Shown in pieces: positions 11,180 through 24,219 of a stretch of DNA of 64,000 nucleotides. Within the stretch, counting starts at the first letter, position 1. The number at the start of each line of letters is the position of its first letter. The translations under genes were made by a program, and so were the position numbers. The notes beneath the pieces are model-generated. The model ran no database searches. It saw only the letters and a list, made by a program, of their open reading frames with translations, and was not told where the DNA came from. The stretch is from positions 21,328,001 to 21,392,000 of the forward strand of contig JANJGN010000001.1 of the NCBI GenBank assembly GCA_026770705.1, given 5' to 3'. The stretch comes from Isurus oxyrinchus (Eukaryota).

Positions 11180-13150
11180 TGAATGATCCATCTCAGCCTC
11201 TTCCTAAGCTCCCCAGTATCCTGTCTTTAGCCAATTCGATTCACTCTACATGATATCAAAAAATGGCTGAGGGCACTGGATACTGCAAAGGTTATGGAAC
11301 CTGTCAGCATCCCAACAATAGTACTGAAGATCTGTGCTTCAGAACTATCTAGGGTTGCCAACTCTTCAGGATTGGCCTGGAGTCTCCAGGAATTGAAGAT
11401 CAATCTCCAGGAGACTGCTGTGTGAACCCTGGAGAAAAAAAAAATCACAGACATTAAAAAAGACGTTATTTTTGTCGTTTTCTTTGAACATTTCTCTTTA
11501 CCTGATATAAGAGTATGGAAAATTGAGTAAAAATGCTGTTTGGCTAACGGTCAAGTATCATGCAATCGGGTAATGAGTCTTCTTGCTTTCCAATTGGCAT
11601 AGGAAAGCAGTGTGTCACAAAGGTAGATGTGTTGGCCAACTAATGGCTGAGCATAGGGGCAAGTCATGTGGTGAAAACTCCAGGAATACATTTAATCACA
11701 GTTGAAAACCCTACAACTATCCAAACTGTTCCAGTACAGCTACAACAGTGACATCTACTCGACAATGTGGAAATTTTCCCATGTATGTCCCGTCCATAAA
11801 AAAGCAGGACAAATCCAATTCAATCAATTACCGCTTCATCAGTCTATTCTCGATCATTGGCAAAGTGATGGATGGTGTCACCACAGTTCTCTCAAACAGC
11901 ATTTACAATCATCTGCTCACCAATGCTGAATTTGGGTTCCGATAAGGCAACTTGGTTCCAGACCTTATTATTATTGATCCAAAGAAGAAAAAAAACAGCT
12001 AAATTCAAGAGGTGAGGTGAGGGTGACTGCCCTTGATCGAATGTGACATTGAGGAGGCCTAGCAAAATTGAAGTCAATGGGAATCAGGGAAAACTTCCCA
12101 CTGGTTGGAGTCATACCTAGCACAAGGAAAGATGGTTGTGGTTATTGGAGGCTGATCATCTCAGGCTCAGGACATTGCTGTTATAGTTCCTCAGGATAGA
12201 GTCCTAGATCCAACCCATCTTCAGCTGCTTCATCCTTAACCTTCCCTCCTCTTCATCACCAGAAGTGGGGGATGTTCACTGATGATTGCACAATGTACAA
12301 TATTATTTGCAACTCCTCGGATACTGAAGCAGCCCGTGTCCACATGCAGCAAAATGTGGACAACATTCAAGCTTGGAGTGATAAGTGGCAAGTAACAATT
12401 GCTGGGCAAATCTGTTTGCTACACAAGAGAATCTAACCATCTCCCCTTGACATTCAATAGCATTACTATTGCTGGATTCCCCACCATCCACATTATGGGG
12501 GTTACTGTTAAGCAGAAATTTAATCAGAAAGGCCACTTAAATACTGTGATTACAAGAACAAGCCTGAGGGTGGGAATTCTGTGGTGAGTAATTCGCCTTC
12601 TGACTCCTCAAAGCCTGTCCACCATCTACAAGGCACAGGTCAGGAGTGTGATGGAATATTCCCCACTTGCCCGGATGAGTGCAGCTCCAACGACACTCAA
12701 GAAGCTCAATACCATTCAGGACAAAGCAGCCCCCTTGATTGGCACCCCATCCACCAACTTAAACATTCCCTCCTTCCACCACTGACGCACAGTGGTAGCA
12801 GTATGTACCATATACAAAATGCACTACAGCAACTCAGCAAAGCTCCTTCAACAGCACCTTCCAAACCTGCGACCTCTACCACCTAGAATGACAAGGGCTG
12901 CAATGCACACCTCTGACAAATTCCTCCCCAAGCCACACACCATATTGACTTGGAACTATATCATTGTTCCTTCATTGTTATTGGGTCAAAATCTTGGAAC
13001 CCTCTTCCTAACAGCATGGTGGGTGTACCTACACCACATGGACTGCAGCAGTTCAAGAAGGCAGCTCACCACCACCTTCTCAAGGGCATTTAGGTGTGGG
13101 CAACAATGCTGGCCCTGCCAACAACACCCATATCCCAGAAAAAAATAAAA
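11180..13150 (+). mobile_element. Family A LINE, RT to 3' end, interrupted by a hAT element
   Basis: KKQDKSNSINYRFISL and VAVCTIYKMHY motifs; A-rich tail at about 13140. Confidence 0.88.
11350..11713. mobile_element. Non-autonomous hAT-like DNA transposon nested in the LINE
   Basis: TIRs tagggttgccaac / gttgaaaacccta; 8-bp TSD gaactatc / caactatc (7 of 8 match). Confidence 0.8.
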
Positions 13151-13317
13151 CAAAAGCCTGAGCATTACAATCAACCAGTGTATTTATCCCAAGAGTCAAA
13201 TGGGTTGAGATGAAAAAAATGTCCTTTGTGTGCTGAATTAATTGGAACCTTGTTCGCTACTTGGTTTATTCTGAGTTTATATGGATTGGCAGTCTCTCAT
13301 AGCAGGAAATGACCCAC

Positions 13318-13445
13318 AAGTGGGTCTCTGTGGGAGGGAGTCGTAGAAGCTCCAGTTTCCTGCAGTGTGGTATACTTCAGCATTTTTCCACAAGTATTCA
13401 ATTCTTCCCAGTTCATCAAGATAGACGTTTGACACATAATAGTAG
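13318..13445 (-). CDS. Putative uncharacterised gene, coding exon B (SYYYVSNVYLDELGRIEYLWKNAEVYHTAGNWSFYDSLPQRPT)
   Basis: Acceptor gatttcttctag|, 128 nt, phase 2 in and 1 out, donor T|gtgggt. Lies in non-repeat sequence. Confidence 0.55.
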
Positions 13446-14299
13446 CTAGAAGAAATCATACGCATAAAATAGTATTAGGATCACTGAAAAATACAATTTA
13501 GAGATAGACCATTTGGTCTATCAGGTAGGTGCAGGGATTTTTCTCTGCATGTTCCATCTAGTCTAATCCCTCTCTGTCATTTACTCTGTATTACTCTTTA
13601 CAACTCCTTTTTGAGCAACTAATTCCTTATTAAAAGAATTGTCAATTTTGCTTCAACCATTTGAAGCAGAGAATTCCAAACACTCTGGATAAAAAAAAAA
13701 CTAATCTCTCTTTTAACTCCCTCCATGTTGGCATAAATTTGTGCCCTTTCATTACCAGTTCAACAACCAGTGGAAACATTTTATCACTATTTACTTAATT
13801 GTAATCCTCAACCTTCAATTAGGTCATCCATTAAACTTTCTAATCATTTTTTTTATGTCCTTGCCAGAACTGTACACAATACTGCCACTGCCATTAAAGT
13901 CAACATTATATACTAACTTTTGTGGTGGATGCTTTTGGTTATAAATCCATTGGTTTCATTTGTCTTTTCATGATCTTATCTCCTTGTGCTGTCACCTTAA
14001 ATGATATGTGCATCTGTACTCCAAGTCCCTGGGCTCCTCTACTCTATTCAGAATCTTACTGTATAAGAAAAAATTTTCTCGCCCTAATCTTACTTTTAAA
14101 TGTGTTACTTCACATTTGTCTACATTGAACTTTATCTGTCACCTTTGTGCCCAGCCTACTAATCTATGTCCTCTTATAGTTTTTCCAGACCACCACAATT
14201 TGCCAAACCATCCAGTTTGATATCAAATAGGCCATTCCAGTACTCTGTGGAATAACACTCATGGCATGTTTTCAGTCTGAGAAACTTAGTTTTAATTTT

Positions 14300-15060
14300 T
14301 TGTTGATTATTGGGATGTGGAAATGCTGGCAAGACCATAATTATTACATATTTGGAGTTGAGAAAGTGTTGGTGGGCCTTCTTCTTAAACTGCTGCAGTC
14401 CTTGTCATGATGGTACTTCCATAGTGATGTTGGGTAGGCAAGTAAAGGACACTAACCCAGTGAAAGTGAGGGAACAGCAATAAATGGCAAGTCAGAATGG
14501 TGTCCCCACAACATTGTTCCATTTGTCCTTCTGTGTGGTATAAGTGTCAGGGAGGGACGTGCAGTTGCAGTTGCAATATTCTGTATATTGTACATGCTGC
14601 AGTCAGAGTGAATTGTTAATGGAAGAAGTGGATATTGAATCGGGTTGCAGTGTCCTGGATGGTGCAGAACTTCTTGAGTGCTATCAAATCTGTACCTATC
14701 AGGTGATGGGTAAGTATTCCATCATCCTCCTCACTTGAGGCTTATAAATAGTGGACAGTCTTTGAGGGTAACTTAGTGAACTACTTGCTGCAGAATACAT
14801 AGTCTCTGTCCTGCTATTGTAGTGACGGTTTTGATTTGACTCATTCAGTGGGCACCCCCAATGTGTTAGAGGTGGTGGCTTGATGATGGCAGTGCCATTG
14901 AAGGTTAAGGGCTTTCTTGTCTTTGATGATCAATACAAGGTACTTATGTAACAGCCAAAATATTTTTTGCTATTTTTCTTCAACCCAAGCATCAATATTA
15001 TCCAGATCCTGCTGTGGGTTGGCATGAGTGCTTCATCATCAGAGGAGGGATATGGAATTA
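14300..15060 (-). mobile_element. Old family A LINE fragment
   Basis: Diverged reverse-complement match to the family 3' region. Confidence 0.6.
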
Positions 15061-15639
15061 AACACTCCAATTTTTCTCTATCCAAGATTTAAGGCTGGAT
15101 TTCTGTTGTTCAAGCTCCTCTTGCTGTAGACCTTGGCAGCCCCAGGCATTAATAAGGCACAGAGTCTCTGCCAATTATCTTTCTATTCATGCACCATTGA
15201 GGCCACTTTTCTTGACCCTTGATCCTGGGAACACCAAATCCTTAGGTATAAAGGTCAGGAAAAAGGAGACAGAGACCCATGTGGTGCTCTGGCAGTTCAG
15301 TACTTTGATTCAAGGATATAGCAGGGCCACTATCTGCAATAGACAGAGTGCCAGCACTACAATTGTACTGAAGTATCCAAAAGTGTCCAAAGAAGCCTGA
15401 GGTCAGCTTCATGCCTGATCCCTAATCCAGTTAGATGACTTGAGGAGGCCAATCAGACATCTAAAAAAAGACCAATGCCTAAGGCCTAGTTTTCAATCTA
15501 GTTGCTGTTGGATTTGTAGGTGAAGTACCATCTGAAAAAGCCTGCAGCTCTGCTCCTGGTTCTGCCCCATTTCTCAGTGTGAGGGTCTGGCCTGTCTCCC
15601 ACACAGACAAGGGATGTTGGGCAGTAAAATGACCCAAAT

Positions 15640-16800
15640 TATCTTTGTTACAAGGCTATTTAATGGCACCTCATCAAATGCTTTTTTGAAAATTTATACA
15701 AACTGTGTCTAATGGTCTGCTGTAACTTTCTCAAGGATTTCTATAAGACTAAATAATCATATGCCTTTTTGAAATCCACGCTGACTGCTGCTGCTTAGCC
15801 TATGTTTCTTCAAATGCTTACACTTTAGTATTTTAGCAATAACTGAAATAAGACTAACTGGCTTAGAAATTCCTGGTTTGCTATGCCTCTTCGTTTGAAG
15901 AGGAATGTTATGTCTGTCACTCGTCCAGTCTTCTGGCATCATTTTCTTTCCACAGAATTCTGTAGCATCATTGTCAGGCCCTCCAATATTTCTTCCCCAG
16001 ATCCCTACAGGATCCCTGGGTATAAATCTGTCTGTCTCCGTGGTTTATTTACCTTAAGCTTTAGTAGCTGCTTTAGTACCATCTCTCTTTGAATATTAAT
16101 CTCCACTTAAAGTTCTACACCAAATTCAGGTAAAGTACATATCTCTGCCACTTTTCATTATAAGTTTGTTTCCATCATCTCTTTGAATTCTTACATTGAC
16201 CATCCTAGTCCTAATAATATACTTGCAGAAAGGCTTTTTATTGCCCTTTATGCATTTTGATAATTTTTGCTCATAATTTCTCTTAGCCTTTCTATTCTCC
16301 CACATTCTGTCTATTTATCCTGTCTTTTTCCTGATTATCTGTTTGTTCTCTAGGTATTCTTTTCCATTTGTCTCAAATTTAGTCTAATCTTCCTATTCAT
16401 CCATAAAAACAGCCATCAATTTTTTTTCATTAATAAAATGTGTAGCCATTCTGTGTCTTATATAAATATTTCCCATTAGTCATCTACGCTTTTGTTAGAT
16501 TTTCCTTCCATTTAACCTGGACACAGTCCTTTTCTTATCTCCCTACAGTTTGCTTTTTTTCCAATAAGTACCCTTGTCATTGACCTTTTTTTCTTTTCTA
16601 TTCTTACACTATACCTATTATTTTGTGACAACTCCTTCCCAAATATTCTCCTACTTGCTCTGCTTCATCACCCAGAACTGGGTCAGGTAGTACTTCGTTT
16701 ATTGGGGCAGGAAGATATTGATAGAGAAAATATTGCACTGCAAATAAAAACCCTCCTCTTTGTTAGTTCAGCCCTTTTCCCTATCCCAGTCTATTATTAG
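15640..16800 (-). mobile_element. Old CR1 fragment
   Basis: Minus-strand PEDW..KPVSLISVIAKIL..SQRGFQKG. Confidence 0.65.
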
Positions 16801-17964
16801 ATAACTAAAAATCAAAGCTTTGCAACATTTGATCCCAGAAAGATTTGTTGCTCTAAAGTAACCTGTCTGGAAGACTAATAGAGCAGGTGGAACTTGCTCA
16901 AAGGAGCTGCACAGATTCAAATCTCAGTTGAAGTTGCAATTTTGATTTCTGACTTTTAGGTTAGGAGACCAGTGTTCACTTCCAAAATTTCTAGGCTAAC
17001 AAACTGTCAACCTTTTACTTGACTGATAATTTTAATTAAGATTCAATGTTAAACTAACATGGATCTTTGAGGGAAGAAAGCATTTGGGCATTGCATATTA
17101 ACTGCAAAGCTTAACTTAGGAAACATTTTGTTGCATTATTGTGGTGAAAAAGAAATTGTTGCACTTTGATGCTAGACTGAGCAAATCGGATCGGGACTCC
17201 TGGCCAAAAGCCATCAGTAATTGGATAAATCACAAATAAAGCAATCAGAGGTGGGATCATAGGAGTATGGTCACCTCCAAGTTCCCTTTAAAGCCCCCGA
17301 AAAATGATACATTTAGAAAGAATCTGCAAAAGTTAGTCTTTATTTTGAATATCATTAACCCTCAAGAAAATAAGCAAAATACAAACAAGGATAGCTTATG
17401 ATGTGAGTGAGTGAAAGAAGTGGCTGTTGAAAACATCTGCAGTTGTTGAGTGTGTGGAGTGAGGGAGAATAGGAAGAGACAAAGAGATTGTGAGTAAAGA
17501 AACCCTGTGCCATACCTGCTGCAGTATCACCAGTGGCTGTGGCCTACTCCATGCCCTTTCCCATTATAGCCAGGACAGCCTCTTCAATGGGGTCAGGGTG
17601 TGAGATTGGCTCTTCCTACTATGGTAACGGCTCTTTGTGTGCAATATTCTCCTGCAAGGAAGAGTAATGTATTGGAGGAATTTGGAGAATGTGGCTGTGA
17701 TCATGGAAGAGCTGCTGGTGCGTGTGTGAGGCGTGAGCTGTGGCTAAACAAGAGATGTAATATTGATGACTGCGTGAGTATGAGGAGAAGGATGTTTAGT
17801 GAAATGCTACACAGTGATTGTGGGACAGTGCTGAGTCTTGGGGTAAGCATTATCAAGAATGGTTTGTGTCTTGTAAGTAATTAGGCTTTCAGTGGTGCAG
17901 CTGTGATGAGAAAATATTTTAGCAATTATTTTAACTTAATAAATCCAATTGATTTTTATCCCTT

Positions 17965-20355
17965 TTTTAATTAATTATTCATGGGATGTGAGGGACTCTA
18001 GCTAGGCCAGCATTTATTACCCATCCCTAATTGCCCTTGAGAAGGCAGCATCAAGGAGCCCTGACAAAACTGGAGGAGTCATTGGGAATCAGGTGGAAAA
18101 CTCTCTGCTGGTTAGTCATACCTAGCACAAAGGAAGATAGTTGTGGTTGTTGGAGTTCAATCACCTCAGTTCCAGGATATCACTGCAGGAGTTCCTCAGG
18201 GTAGTGTTGTAGACCCAACCATCTTCAGCTGCTTCATCAATGACCTTCCTTTCATCATAAGGTCAGAAGTGAAGATGATTGCACAATGTTCAGCACCATT
18301 CACAACTCCTCAGATACTGAAGCAGTCCATATTCAAATACAGCAAGACCTGGACAATATCCAGGCATGAGCTGACAAGTAGGAAGTAACATTTGGCCACA
18401 GAAGTGCCAGGCAATGACCATGTCCAACAATAGAGAATCTAACCATCTCCTCTTGACATTCTATGGCATTACCATCACTGAATACGCCACTATCAACATC
18501 CTGATGTTACCATTGACCAGAAACTGAACCGGGCTAGCCATATAAATACTGTGGCTACAAGAGCAGGTCAGAGGCTAGGAATCCTGTGATGGATAACTCA
18601 CCTCCTGATGCCCCAAAGCCTGTCCACCATCTACAAGGCACAAGTCAGGAGTGTGATGGAATATTCTCCACTTGCCTGGATGAGTGCAGCTCCAACAACA
18701 CTCAAGAAGCTTGACACCACCCAGGCACCACACATGGTTGGCACCCCATGCACAAACATTCACTCCCTCCACCATCAACACACAGTAGCAGCAGTGTGTA
18801 CCATCTACAAAATGCATTACAAGAACTCACCATGGTCCCTTAGACAGAACCTTCCAAACGAATGACCGTTACTCTGAAGAAATTGTAATACTTTATTCTG
18901 GTAATAACACTGTCATATTTATGTACTGGAACACAGGTTGTTGGGGGTTGAAAATATGGTAATTGGAGTAAGAGCCAGAGTGACTGCAAGAGTCTAAAAC
19001 CAACAGTAAGAAGTAGTTTTGATATGTTGATGAACCAAGAGGAACTTTATTCAGAATTTTACATAAAGCAATAACAGGAGTGGTTTTGAACTGAGTTGTT
19101 TTAGTTCAAAATGCAAATTATAAAAGGTGTAAGCAAGTAAGGTAAAGATAGGGTATGTTTGTTTTTTGTTAAGTCTAAGAGCCAGAGTGAAGAAACAAGT
19201 TTCATCAATTCTGGGAAGAAGACATTTCTGAAGAGACTGGTTGAGACAATAGAGAAATCGAAAGGAAGGAACACATTTAAGGAAATACTGAAGCATATGT
19301 GAGGGGGAAGCTGCTTAGATCTTCCAGAAGACAACAGGATAGCTGATCAGAACTCCAGAAGACAGTGTGAACAAGGCCAAACCTGGAGAACCAGTTGCTG
19401 TCAGCCTCAGAGGACCCTCCAGAAAAAAGGCACAGTGTGGTAAAAATTAATGGAATTCTATAGATTTTAAAATCTATAAAGATAGTTGCTGAACAGAGAA
19501 GGTGAAGGTTAGCTCTGAGGTAGCTAAGATAATTTGGAACTGTTTTAAAGTACTGTTTACTGTGTGAAGCCATTCTTGTGTTTAAGTGTAATTGTGTTTT
19601 GTTTTTGCTTTTAAAAAAATAAACATTTACTCTGCTATAAAATCATCACAAGTAGTCGGGGACATCCTTTCCTGATTTCAGAACCTCTCCTCTACCCATA
19701 AAAGCTGCAAAAACCGTTTTGGTAGGTGTTTTGAGTTTCCCTTTGGGATTTGGGCAGCTTGGCATTTACTATCAGCCATGCCATAACACTATCATAAGAA
19801 GACAAGGGCAACAGACACATGGGAACACCACCACCTGAAAATTCCCCTCCAAGCCATTCACCATCCTGACTTGGAAATATATCACTGTCACTGGGTCAAA
19901 GTCTTGGAACTCCCTCCCTAACAGCACTCTGGGTGTACCTATACCACATGGGCTGCAGGGTTTGAGAAGGCAGCTCATCACTACCTTCTCAAGGGCAATT
20001 AGCGATGGGCAATAAATGCTGCCTAGCCAGCGATGCCCTCTTCCCATGAATGAATAAAAGAAAAGGTGGTGGTGAGCTGCTTTCTTGAATTGCTATAGTC
20101 CATTTGGTGTGGGTACACTCACAGTGCTGTTAGGGGTACACTCACAGTGCTGTTAGGGATGAAGTTCTCGGATTTTGTCCCAGTGACAGTGAATAATGGC
20201 GATATATTTCCAAGTCAGAATGGTGTGTGGCTTGGAAGGGAATTTCCAGGTGGTGGTGTTCCCATGCATCTGCTGCCCTTGTCCTTCTAGATGGTAGAGG
20301 TTGTTGGTTTGGAAGGAGTTGTCTAAGGAGCCTTGGTGAGTTCCTGCAGTGCATC
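17965..20355 (+). mobile_element. Cluster of family A LINE fragments; the main + copy (about 18045-20060) is split by an LTR-like insert and flanked by short - fragments
   Basis: GVPQGSVVDPTIFSCFINDLP and QVRSVMEYSPLAW motifs; LINE sequence resumes at about 19790. Confidence 0.85.
18867..19788 (+). mobile_element. Probable solo LTR inserted in the LINE
   Basis: Ends (c)gttac ... ataaca, AATAAA near 19620, interrupts contiguous LINE sequence; no clear TSD. Confidence 0.6.
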
Positions 20356-20400
20356 TGTGTTTCAGCTGTGTTCTTGGGGCAATGTTCCTGGCATTGATGT

Positions 20401-21290
20401 TGTTACAACCTAGATAGGAGGAGTGTGCAGTTTATCTAGCCCCACTACTCCTCAGGTGCACAATTAGTTTAAAAGTTTATTTCACTCACCAAGATGACCA
20501 ATGATTTACCTTTACCACTGTTAGACCCAGAATAAAAGAAACTTTAACTAGGCTTCTTTCAATAAGCTCAGAATGATTGAGTTATTATAAAACAAAATTC
20601 AGTTTTTAAAACAAGTTGCAAGAACTGGTTAACACACAATTTGTAACCTAGAAGTGTAACTATCTATCCCTCTTAAAATTCCCCAGCACACACACACACA
20701 GACAGACAAAGGACAAAAGGATAAGGTGCCTGCAGAGATGGGAGCTGGAAGAACAATTTATTAAAAAAGGATAACATTTGCAGGGTTTTGACACTGTCGA
20801 TCTGGAGCTCCCTCATGTTGAAGGCAGATCGCTAGTCCCAGGAGGTTCTCACCATTGGAGCTTCGGCATGGAGGAAAATAGAGCCGGATCAGTCCTTCTT
20901 AACTCAGCCTCTTGGGTTTCCAAAGACAGACAAGTTCCACTGAGATGAGGATTCCTACCTGGCACTGATAACCACTCTATTTCAGGCAAGGCAATGGGAG
21001 TGCGAGCTGGACAGCTTCACTTTCACAGTTCATTCCCAACTGAGTTCAAAAAAGCAAGTTCAAAACATAAAGCTCCTCCGTCAGGTGATTTCCAACAAAT
21101 CACCAGGCCTTTGCATTTAAACAGTTTTTCACATCAATTAAAGTGATTGCAGTTGAAATAGCAAATAGCTCTCCTCCCCAAGTGTCATGCCGGTCCGGTG
21201 ATTCTTGGAAAAGGCACATTTACCCATAGTCAAAGGTGAACTTATGACATCTAAAAAAAACAAGTATCCAAATAATGCAATGTCCTTCCA
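20401..21290. mobile_element. LTR-like fragment
   Basis: Begins tgttacaacc; internal CA microsatellite; right end not identified. Confidence 0.45.
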
Positions 21291-21394
21291 ATTTGTAAAA
21301 GAAAATACAGTTCCTAAAGATATATGTTTCCCAACAGAATCCTTAGTGATCTCTTCCCACTGCATCATAAGTAGATATCGACAAGGCTTCTAGT

Positions 21395-21976
21395 CTCTCT
21401 AGAGACTTAAGAATGTCCCTCCTCCTCTCTATGGCCTCCACCACAACACTGGAGATTCTTGGTATCTGTGCACTCTCATTTTCAGCCATTTTGTCCAGAA
21501 ATTGTACAATATTTGTAGCCAGAATCCACCTCCATTTAAGAGGTGCTGGCTGCCTTAGAGTAGCATCTGGCTTCCCAGACAGACGTCCAGCCTGGGTGGT
21601 GCTAGCTTTACACATGAATCATTCTAAATCAGCAGGTCGCACAAATGTTGCTTGCTGCCTGCATTGGTACACACTAGCACGGTTAGTCCATGTATCCCAC
21701 ACCCTATGCAACACCGCGCACCAACTCCCCACCCTCCCCAGCCCCCACCCCCCCCCCCCCCCCCCCCCCCCCGCCCTCCGCGACCCTCACCACCTTCCCC
21801 ATGCTCTAGTTTTCGAGCACAATCTGATTTCTAGGCCTTTGGCTTTAAGTGAAGGCAGCCTTATGGGGAACAGTAAGATGTTATTATTTACTCATGATCT
21901 ATTTTCTTACACACATTAGAAGAGGCTTCCTTGGGCACAAATCATTGCCCGGACACAAACCAGGAAAATCTCACCT
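21395..21976 (-). mobile_element. Harbinger-related fragment (start of Myb-like ORF plus terminus)
   Basis: MAENESAQIPRISSVVVEAIERRRDIL on -; terminal ggaaaatctcacc. Confidence 0.6.
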
Positions 21977-22493
21977 ATAATTTTTATTTTCCCTTACAAA
22001 GGTAACAAATTCATCGCTGTTGTAGTTTTTTTTAAACATGTTATTCTGCTGACTGAATGCACCATCTGCCAGAAACAGCAAGAAAAAAATTTTCAGAGGT
22101 TGCAATTATATAATATACAACCATCAATCATTCACTGCTTTATTTATCAAATTTGTCATTGCAGTGTTGAGTTTAAGTACTTTTTTATAACTTCGATGGT
22201 ATATGGTCCAAAGCCAAATTTGGACTCCATATTCTGACTATCACAATATATGAGTTTCTGGGCTAAATCTTACAAAATAGGGTGAAAAGAAAACTCTACT
22301 CTTCTATTTCCCTCATTGTTTATGTCTCATTGCACATTGGAAAATTTTAGAAAACTCACTCCACATCTTCTACAACTCTCAACAAGCTGGTACAAGCCTG
22401 CTTTAGCATTCATTAAGACGGTTGACATGAATGCTGTGGGGCATTGAATGTGGCCCTTTTGGATTTACGTAATTGGATTTTTTGGGATTCAAT

Positions 22494-23132
22494 GGAGATA
22501 ATTATAAACTCATGACCACCACCCCCACCCCCACCACCCCCCCCGCTTCCCAACCCCCCCACCCCCTCCCCCCTCCCCACCACCCCATCATGATGGGTGG
22601 CAGTGGGGGTTAAAACTAAAATCTGACATCAATCCACCTACTTCAGATTTTAATGGAGGAGGGTTGGGCGGCGGGCCCTCAAGAGGCGGGTCAGACATTA
22701 AAATATTGTAAGGAATCTTTGCATCTCCATTTTAACATTCCTTTTAATTTTAAAACCTGCAGACTGGTTTTCTTGGACCTCATAAAACCTGCCTGCCTAA
22801 TGGAGACGTAACAGATTGCATGGATTAGACAAGTGTCTTTACAGTACCGCTTGTGGGCTAGATGGAACAGCAGTGTTTTCCCCAGCCCAATAAGCAAATC
22901 TCTAAACCCTCCCATGATCTGACCAACCTCTGCCAACCCCCTCAACTATCCCCAACTTTCCGACTTAACTCCTTGCCAACATCAGATTCCCAGCTGCAGA
23001 CTGGAAACTGCGACCCCCCCCCCCCCCTTTGGATGGTAAACAGAATTTTTCAAAATCAGGTCCTGATGTTAAATTTAGCAGAGCCTCCGTGAAACCCGTA
23101 CTTCCGGGTTTCTTGGCTGTTAAACTTTTCCC
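22494..23132. mobile_element. Non-autonomous Harbinger-like MITE (degenerate)
   Basis: GC-rich body with poly-C runs; imperfect termini ggagataattataa / ttaaacttttccc. Confidence 0.45.
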
Positions 23133-23146
23133 TGCACTCTTCACAC

Positions 23147-23217
23147 CTATCTATTACGTTTGGGATGATCGTTCTTAAAATCATTGTTTGTCTGCTTGAT
23201 GGTGAAATATAATCCAT
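23147..23217 (-). CDS. Putative uncharacterised gene, coding exon A (MDYISPSSRQTMILRTIIPNVID)
   Basis: Minus-strand acceptor ttctaagtttcag| (exon start 23227), ATG in gagATGg context, donor AG|gtgtga, phase 2. Confidence 0.5.
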
Positions 23218-24219
23218 CTCATAGTCACTGAAACTTAGAACAAACTTCAGTTCCAAATCTGTACCAATTTATTCATCAAGGAATGTAAGACTTAGTGAAA
23301 AGATCAGGAGGAGTTACTTTATGAATTAACATTCCAGATGGGCATGTTGTGAATTGGGTTCAATTTCTCCTCCCATTGATTTTCTGTTCAATAAAACTAA
23401 GTGGGAGCAGGTGCCTATGTCTGAAATCCCAATTTGCACTTATGCATGCAACGTTCTGCACTGGGAGTGCAAATACATTAAATTATTCCCACTGTTCTTA
23501 CATATATAGTGGATTTGGCATAAACAATGTTTTGGGAAGTTGCAAGATGTATTGTTTGATAAGGAAAGGATTATGTAGTGCAATAGATGCTTATATTTTA
23601 GCTACCATTGGGAATAAAGAGCTGGTTAAAAATAAAGAAACTATTGTAAAATATTAAATGGGTGGGGGGGGGGGGGGGGAGGAATTCCAGAGATGCTAAA
23701 ATGAATCTGAAAAAAAACTGCATGTTGGAAAGTTTTAAACTAATTTCAAAAAATTATCAAAAAAATGAACAGAAGTTAAAATAAATCAATGTGAAATCAA
23801 AGCAAAGGGTACAGGAAAAGACCAACTGGTGCATCAAGCCCATCCCATCCATACATGGTGCTTCCTGTACACAAATCTACACAATCTCCTGGGATAGGCA
23901 ATGAAACAGTAACAACCTTAAGCCAATTTAGGAAAAATTCTTGGAAATTACTCTCCAATTGCCATTGGTAATTATACTTCATGTTCTAAATACAGCTATA
24001 GGAACTTAACAAGATAGGTTATATTTCCTGTCCTGTAAAAACAGATACAAAGTATGTCTTTAAGAAGTCTGCCATTGCTTTATTCCCCATTATAGCCACA
24101 CCTGCACCTGCCTTTAATGGGCCCACAGTCCTTTTCTACTCTTTCCCTCTCAACGTAGTTATAAAAATATTTGCTTTGATATGCCTTGTAAGTTTCTTTC
24201 ATAATCCATTTGAATCCTT

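Noticed and set aside
21725-23680. Poly-C/poly-G runs as functional G-quadruplex elements
   Set aside because: Mostly homopolymer expansions, largely within TE remnants; they are common across the window and their lengths are unreliable.
23797-23982. Minus-strand ORF with a good-context ATG (MYGWDGLDAP) as first coding exon of the new gene
   Set aside because: Its best donor (CCA|gttggt) is phase 0 and hits a stop in exon A; it could at most be a UTR exon or use a weak phase-1 donor.
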